DNA of 32,000 nucleotides, from contig NC_014408.1 in assembly GCF_000145295.1 (NCBI RefSeq), positions 990,001 through 1,022,000 of the forward strand, given 5' to 3'. A model generated the notes under the pieces. That model did no database searches and was not told where the DNA came from. It was given only the letters and a program-made list of their open reading frames with translations. This DNA comes from Methanothermobacter marburgensis str. Marburg (lineage in GTDB: Archaea; Methanobacteriota; Methanobacteria; Methanobacteriales; Methanothermobacteraceae). Shown piece by piece: positions 28,448-32,000 of the stretch. The position numbers were made by a program, and so were the translations under genes. Position 1 is the stretch's first letter. Each line of letters begins with the position of its first letter.

Positions 28448-29362
28448 TCATTCAGAAAAATAATCATTATCAATCTTTTTAACAGAATAGGAGGCCACCT
28501 CAGTTACACCCACACCATGTTCAATCATATAGTTCGCCATCTGCATCCCATCAACAAGCACTATCCTGCTATCAATTTTGGAAACGTATTCTCTTGCACC
28601 TTCCGTAAAATTCGATGTGGTTATGAATATGCCCTTCGCTGCCCTCTTACCCTGCAGTGCACCCGCAAATTTCTGGATCTCGGGACGGGACACTGAACTG
28701 TTCCACCTTTTAGCCTGTATGTAGATAACCTCAAGTCCCAGTCTGTCCTCCTTTATTATTCCGTCGACTCCACCGTCCCCCTGCCTGCCAATGGCACTCC
28801 CTGCATCCTCCCTGGATCCTCCATAACCCATCCTCACAAGTAGATCCACAACAAGTCGTTCAAAGAATTCAGGTGAGCTGTTCCTGACCATATCCAGGAT
28901 TTCGGCTGCGAGGCCCTTCCTGAGTTCATCATAGGCCCTTTCAAGTCTCTCCTCAGGGGTGAGCCTCTCCCTACTCGAATTGGTCCTTTTTTGAAGCTTT
29001 TTACGGGTCTTCCTTGGTTTCCCTGATCCCCCACGAAACTCTGCAAATTCAGGGAACTGCATCAGAAAATCAACGTCAATGGCATGCGGATCCCCCTTAA
29101 GAATCTCCAATCCGCGCTCTGTGATATTAAAAAATCCCCTTTTCCTTGATTCAAGAAGACCCGCCTTCTTGAGGTATGTCTTGGCCCATGAAACCCTGCC
29201 TTTGAATTTTGGCGAGCCACTCGGCATAAGTTCGTTTAAATCGTCCTGGGATAACTGGAACTCCTCTGCAAGTTTTTCTATGGACCCATTTAAACTCTGC
29301 TCTCCCTCAGCTGCCAGCCTCAGGATGGGTAACATTATATCCTGAAAATCAGGGACCGCCAT
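28448..29362 (-). CDS. mrr: Mrr-like type IV (modification-dependent) restriction endonuclease
   Basis: MAVPDFQDIMLPILRLAAEGE... is an Mrr_N winged helix. The C-terminal PD-(D/E)xK core is GDGGVDGII...VIYIQAKRW...GIFITTSNFT. ATG 29362 lies 7 nt after GGAGG. The track start 29404 adds 14 residues and overlaps the small ORF. Confidence 0.85.
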   Translation of the reverse strand: MAVPDFQDIMLPILRLAAEGEQSLNGSIEKLAEEFQLSQDDLNELMPSGSPKFKGRVSWAKTYLKKAGLLESRKRGFFNITERGLEILKGDPHAIDVDFLMQFPEFAEFRGGSGKPRKTRKKLQKRTNSSRERLTPEERLERAYDELRKGLAAEILDMVRNSSPEFFERLVVDLLVRMGYGGSREDAGSAIGRQGDGGVDGIIKEDRLGLEVIYIQAKRWNSSVSRPEIQKFAGALQGKRAAKGIFITTSNFTEGAREYVSKIDSRIVLVDGMQMANYMIEHGVGVTEVASYSVKKIDNDYFSE

Positions 29363-29378
29363 ATGCACCCCTCCGGTG

Positions 29379-29522
29379 TCATCTTCCCTCTCTGAGGAAG
29401 ACATATATCACATAGGCGATTATAAGAACCACTATAACCGGCAGCAGCCAGACAAGAACATAGAATGCCACAACCGCAAGTACAAGTGCAACCAGAATGT
29501 AAATTATATCCATGGCCTCCAT
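29379..29522 (-). CDS. small hydrophobic membrane peptide (44-47 aa), unannotated
   Basis: Hand translation gives MEAMDIIYILVALVLAVVAFYVLVWLLPVIVVLIIAYVIYVFLREGR*. An alternative start is ATG 29513. It has ~39 consecutive apolar residues with one Pro and a charged REGR tail. The TGA lies 17 nt before the mrr ATG. A TTTATATT box about 20 nt upstream suggests a leaderless transcript. Confidence 0.45.
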   Translation of the reverse strand: MEAMDIIYILVALVLAVVAFYVLVWLLPVIVVLIIAYVIYVFLREGR

Positions 29523-29553
29523 AATATTTAATTATCCAATGAAATATAAATAG
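29523..29553. promoter_or_regulatory. compact divergent promoter region with back-to-back TATA-like boxes
   Basis: aatatttaatta (plus strand, for guaAA) and aaatataaatag (TTTATATT on the minus strand, for the small ORF/mrr) sit within the ~55-60-bp divergent gap. Confidence 0.35.
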
Positions 29554-29582
29554 ATTTTCAGAATCAGACAGGGAGAATGTTT

Positions 29583-30143
29583 ATGATACTCATCATCAAT
29601 AATCACGGCCAGTACAACCACAGAATACACAGGACACTCCGGTATCTCCAGATACCATCCAGTCTCGTGCCCAACACAACACCGCTGGATGAGATCATCT
29701 CAATGGAACCAGATGGCCTCATACTCGGTGGCGGCCCATCACTTGAGATGGCAGGTAACTGTGTTGAGTACATCCAGAAACTCGATATTCCGATACTGGG
29801 TATCTGCCTGGGCCACCAGCTCATAGCCATGGCCTACGGTGGGGAGGTTGCAACCGCCGAGGCAGAGAGCTACGCCCAGATAGAACTGGAGATACTGGAC
29901 GAGGATGACATCTTCAGGGGCCTCGGCCCCAGGATGAGCGTATGGGCCTCCCACAAGGATGAGGTTAAGAGGCTCCCCGAGGACTTCAATGTTCTTGCAA
30001 CCTCAAGCATATGTGAGGTGGAGGCCATGAAACACCATGAAAGGCCAGTATACGGTATACAGTTCCACCCTGAGGTACACCATACACAGGATGGTCACCG
30101 GGTCTTCGAAAACTTCCATGAGGTCTGTGAAAACCTCCAATAG
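29583..30143 (+). CDS. guaAA: GMP synthase [glutamine-hydrolysing] subunit A (class I glutamine amidotransferase)
   Basis: [22 protein letters not shown]...[10 protein letters not shown]...IQFHPEV carries the catalytic Cys-His-Glu triad context. ATG 29583 lies 6 nt after GGGAGA; the track start is ATG 29577. Confidence 0.92.
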   Translation: MILIINNHGQYNHRIHRTLRYLQIPSSLVPNTTPLDEIISMEPDGLILGGGPSLEMAGNCVEYIQKLDIPILGICLGHQLIAMAYGGEVATAEAESYAQIELEILDEDDIFRGLGPRMSVWASHKDEVKRLPEDFNVLATSSICEVEAMKHHERPVYGIQFHPEVHHTQDGHRVFENFHEVCENLQ

Positions 30144-30202
30144 AAACACCTTCAAAAAAAACCTCTGAAAACTTCCATGAAGTCCGCAGAAACATCTAAT
30201 AT
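30108..30202. repeat. 36-bp imperfect direct repeat duplicating the guaAA 3' end (offset 59 bp)
   Basis: 30108-30143 is gaaaacttccatgaggtctgtgaaaacctccaatag ([11 protein letters not shown]). 30167-30202 is gaaaacttccatgaagtccgcagaaacatctaatat (ENFHEVRRNI*). They are 28/36 identical and the first 14 nt are identical. Confidence 0.8.
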
Positions 30203-30319
30203 AAAGGTTTCATAAGAGACACCCAACATCAGGCAAAGATTTCATGGAAAAGGCTGACCTTAACATTAAATAGGAGCCACACAAATAATTAAACCAATCA
30301 TTTTTATCCGGTGATATTA

Positions 30320-31246
30320 ATGCTGAATCCATCTGATTTTATCCAGAAAGCTGTGGAAGAGATAAGAAATACCGTGGGTGATGAAAAGGCAATAATAGCA
30401 CTCTCAGGAGGAGTTGACAGTTCAGTGGCCTCTGTACTTGCAGGTAAGGCCATAGGTGATAACCTGACAGCGGTCTTCGTTGACCATGGACTCCTCAGGG
30501 AGGGCGAGGCAGAATACGTGAAGAAAACCTTCAGTGATAGGCTTAACTTCCGATACATTGATGCATCAGACGAGTTCCTGGGGGAACTTGAGGGTGTGAC
30601 GGACCCTGAGGAGAAACGCAAGATAATCGGGAGGGTCTTCATTGAGGTCTTTGAACGCGTTGCAGAGGAGATAGGCGCGAGGTACCTGGTGCAGGGTACC
30701 ATAGCCCCCGACTGGATCGAGAGTGAGGGTAAGATAAAATCCCACCACAACGTTGCACTCCCCCATGGACTGGTGCTTGAGATAGTGGAACCAATAAGGG
30801 AACTGTACAAGGATGAGGTGCGGGAAATTGGCCTTGAACTCGGCCTTCCCCGTGAGATGATCCAGAGGCAGCCATTCCCTGGTCCTGGACTTGCGGTGAG
30901 GATCGTGGGTGAGATAACCAGGGAGAAAATAGAGATATGCAGGAGGGCCAACGCCATCGTGGAGGAGGAGGTCCTTGAAAGCGGACTCCATGAGAGCCTC
31001 TGGCAGTACTTTGCTGTGCTCACAGACACCATGGTGACCGGTGTTAAGGGTGATGTGAGGGACTTCGGCTACCTCGTGGTCATAAGGATGGTTGAATCCC
31101 TTGATGCAATGACCGCCAGTGTCCCTGAACTCCCCTGGGACCTTGTGAAGAGGATATCAAAGCGTATAACCTCCGAGATACCTGAGGTTACACATGTGGC
31201 GCTTTCTGTGAGCGATAAGCCGCCAAGCACCATTGAATTTGCCTGA
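30320..31246 (+). CDS. guaAB: GMP synthase subunit B (ATP pyrophosphatase)
   Basis: [36 protein letters not shown] carries the PP-loop SGGVDS. The C-terminal dimerisation domain reads ...[12 protein letters not shown] 30320 lies 4 nt after GGTGAT; the track start is GTG 30311. Confidence 0.93.
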   Translation: MLNPSDFIQKAVEEIRNTVGDEKAIIALSGGVDSSVASVLAGKAIGDNLTAVFVDHGLLREGEAEYVKKTFSDRLNFRYIDASDEFLGELEGVTDPEEKRKIIGRVFIEVFERVAEEIGARYLVQGTIAPDWIESEGKIKSHHNVALPHGLVLEIVEPIRELYKDEVREIGLELGLPREMIQRQPFPGPGLAVRIVGEITREKIEICRRANAIVEEEVLESGLHESLWQYFAVLTDTMVTGVKGDVRDFGYLVVIRMVESLDAMTASVPELPWDLVKRISKRITSEIPEVTHVALSVSDKPPSTIEFA

Positions 31247-31505
31247 ATTAGATTTGAAATTTGAGACATCCTCCATTATTCTTTCCATTATCACCATCCC
31301 GGTGAGTTTCCCGCAAATACCATCTTTTTATCATCTATCATGTCTGAATGGGGAGTTCCATTGTCTTTTAAATGACACGCAGACGATCCCTTATCATCCA
31401 TCATTGGACGGTCATGAAACACTGCAGTCATGGATCTGAGATCCCTCTAAAAAGATGAATGATTATAATATAATCTAATATACATTTAAGAACATATTTC
31501 CACTC

Positions 31506-31961
31506 ATGAGTGAAAAAATACCCATATTCTCCGCTGCAGGTGGAAATGTTGAGATGGTTGAAAAGATCGAATTAACCGTTGAGGAGTGGCGGGAGATACT
31601 CGAACCCGAGGCCTTCCGTGTTGCAAGGTGCGGAGGCACAGAACCTCCATTCACAGGCGAATACCATGACTTCCATGGTGACGGTATATACCGCTGCGTA
31701 TGCTGCGGCACAGACCTTTTTGACTCAGAAACCAAATTTGATTCAGGCACAGGATGGCCAAGCTTCTATGACACCATATCAGAGTACAATGTGGAACTCA
31801 GGGAGGACCGGAGCCTTGGAATGGTGCGCTGTGAGGTCCTCTGTGCGAGGTGCGGCGCCCATCTTGGCCATGTATTCGATGACGGCCCCCTGCCAACAGG
31901 TAAGAGGTACTGTATGAACTCAGCGGCACTTAAATTCATCCCAAGGAGCCAGATACGCTGA
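31506..31961 (+). CDS. msrB: peptide-methionine (R)-S-oxide reductase
   Basis: ...[28 protein letters not shown]...[26 protein letters not shown]...[16 protein letters not shown]...RYCMNSAAL carries the SelR/MsrB zinc CxxC pairs and the catalytic Cys. An alternative start is ATG 31554. Confidence 0.9.
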   Translation: MSEKIPIFSAAGGNVEMVEKIELTVEEWREILEPEAFRVARCGGTEPPFTGEYHDFHGDGIYRCVCCGTDLFDSETKFDSGTGWPSFYDTISEYNVELREDRSLGMVRCEVLCARCGAHLGHVFDDGPLPTGKRYCMNSAALKFIPRSQIR

Positions 31962-32000
31962 GGTTCAAATATAGAGGCCTGGAGGCATTTAATGGCTGAG

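Noticed and set aside
28451-29563. ttcagaa 7-mer at 28451-28457 and 29557-29563 as a target-site duplication flanking the mrr cassette
   Set aside because: It is only 7 bp, one copy lies inside the mrr coding sequence, and there are no terminal inverted repeats or recombinase. It is compatible with chance.
31291-31431. 46-codon minus-strand ORF (MTAVFHDRPMMDDKGSSACHLKDNGTPHSDMIDDKKMVFAGNSPGW) in the guaAB-msrB gap, and the 68-aa plus-strand track ORF 31233..31439
   Set aside because: Neither has a recognisable motif. The SD is weak and distant, the products overlap each other on opposite strands, and composition is unremarkable. They cannot be supported from sequence alone. The 259-nt gap itself remains unexplained.
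31960-32000. ggttcaaat resembling a tRNA T-loop, and ATG 31993 preceded by GGAGG
   Set aside because: No acceptor, D or anticodon stems can be built around the T-loop-like string. The ATG is probably the start of the next gene, but only 8 nt lie within the window, so no feature is called.

Overview
The window reads as a chromosomal segment of a Methanothermobacter-like methanogen (Methanobacteriales). This is judged from protein motifs and gene order recognised by eye; no search was run.

Gene map:
- 2108-10418 (-): a complete archaeal exosome superoperon of 15 co-directional genes: rpl15e, a COG1325-like gene, rnp3, rnp2, psmA, SBDS, rrp4, rrp41, rrp42, rpl37ae, rpoP, Brix, pcc1, pfdB and a small acidic ORF.
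- 10772-19092: an AT-rich secreted beta-helix/Ig-like surface protein, a CMD-family gene, an NfeD-stomatin pair, an HTH gene with a MacB-type ABC exporter, an AfpA-like flavoprotein, an orphan 108-aa ORF and a PF04008-type gene.
- 19227-27341 (+): a translationally coupled cluster of an XRE-cupin regulator, an acyl-CoA synthetase, vorC-vorB-vorA and gatD-gatE.
- 27525-31961: trxB, an Mrr-like endonuclease preceded by a sub-threshold hydrophobic ORF, guaAA, guaAB and msrB.

No rRNA, tRNA, CRISPR array or transposon was seen.

Main anomalies:
1. A 54-bp tandem array reiterates the junction upstream of rnp3. It puts four in-frame ATGs on the RNase P Rpp30 gene.
2. An in-frame TAG sits in vorA just before the GDGD thiamine-diphosphate motif.
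3. A 1-nt homopolymer frameshift splits a nicotianamine-synthase-like gene.
4. At five co-directional gene junctions, the 3' end of a gene or its junction is duplicated 54-64 bp away.
5. A 47-codon hydrophobic ORF lies directly upstream of mrr.

I found no clearly novel multi-gene system. The candidates above are ranked by what the sequence itself shows.
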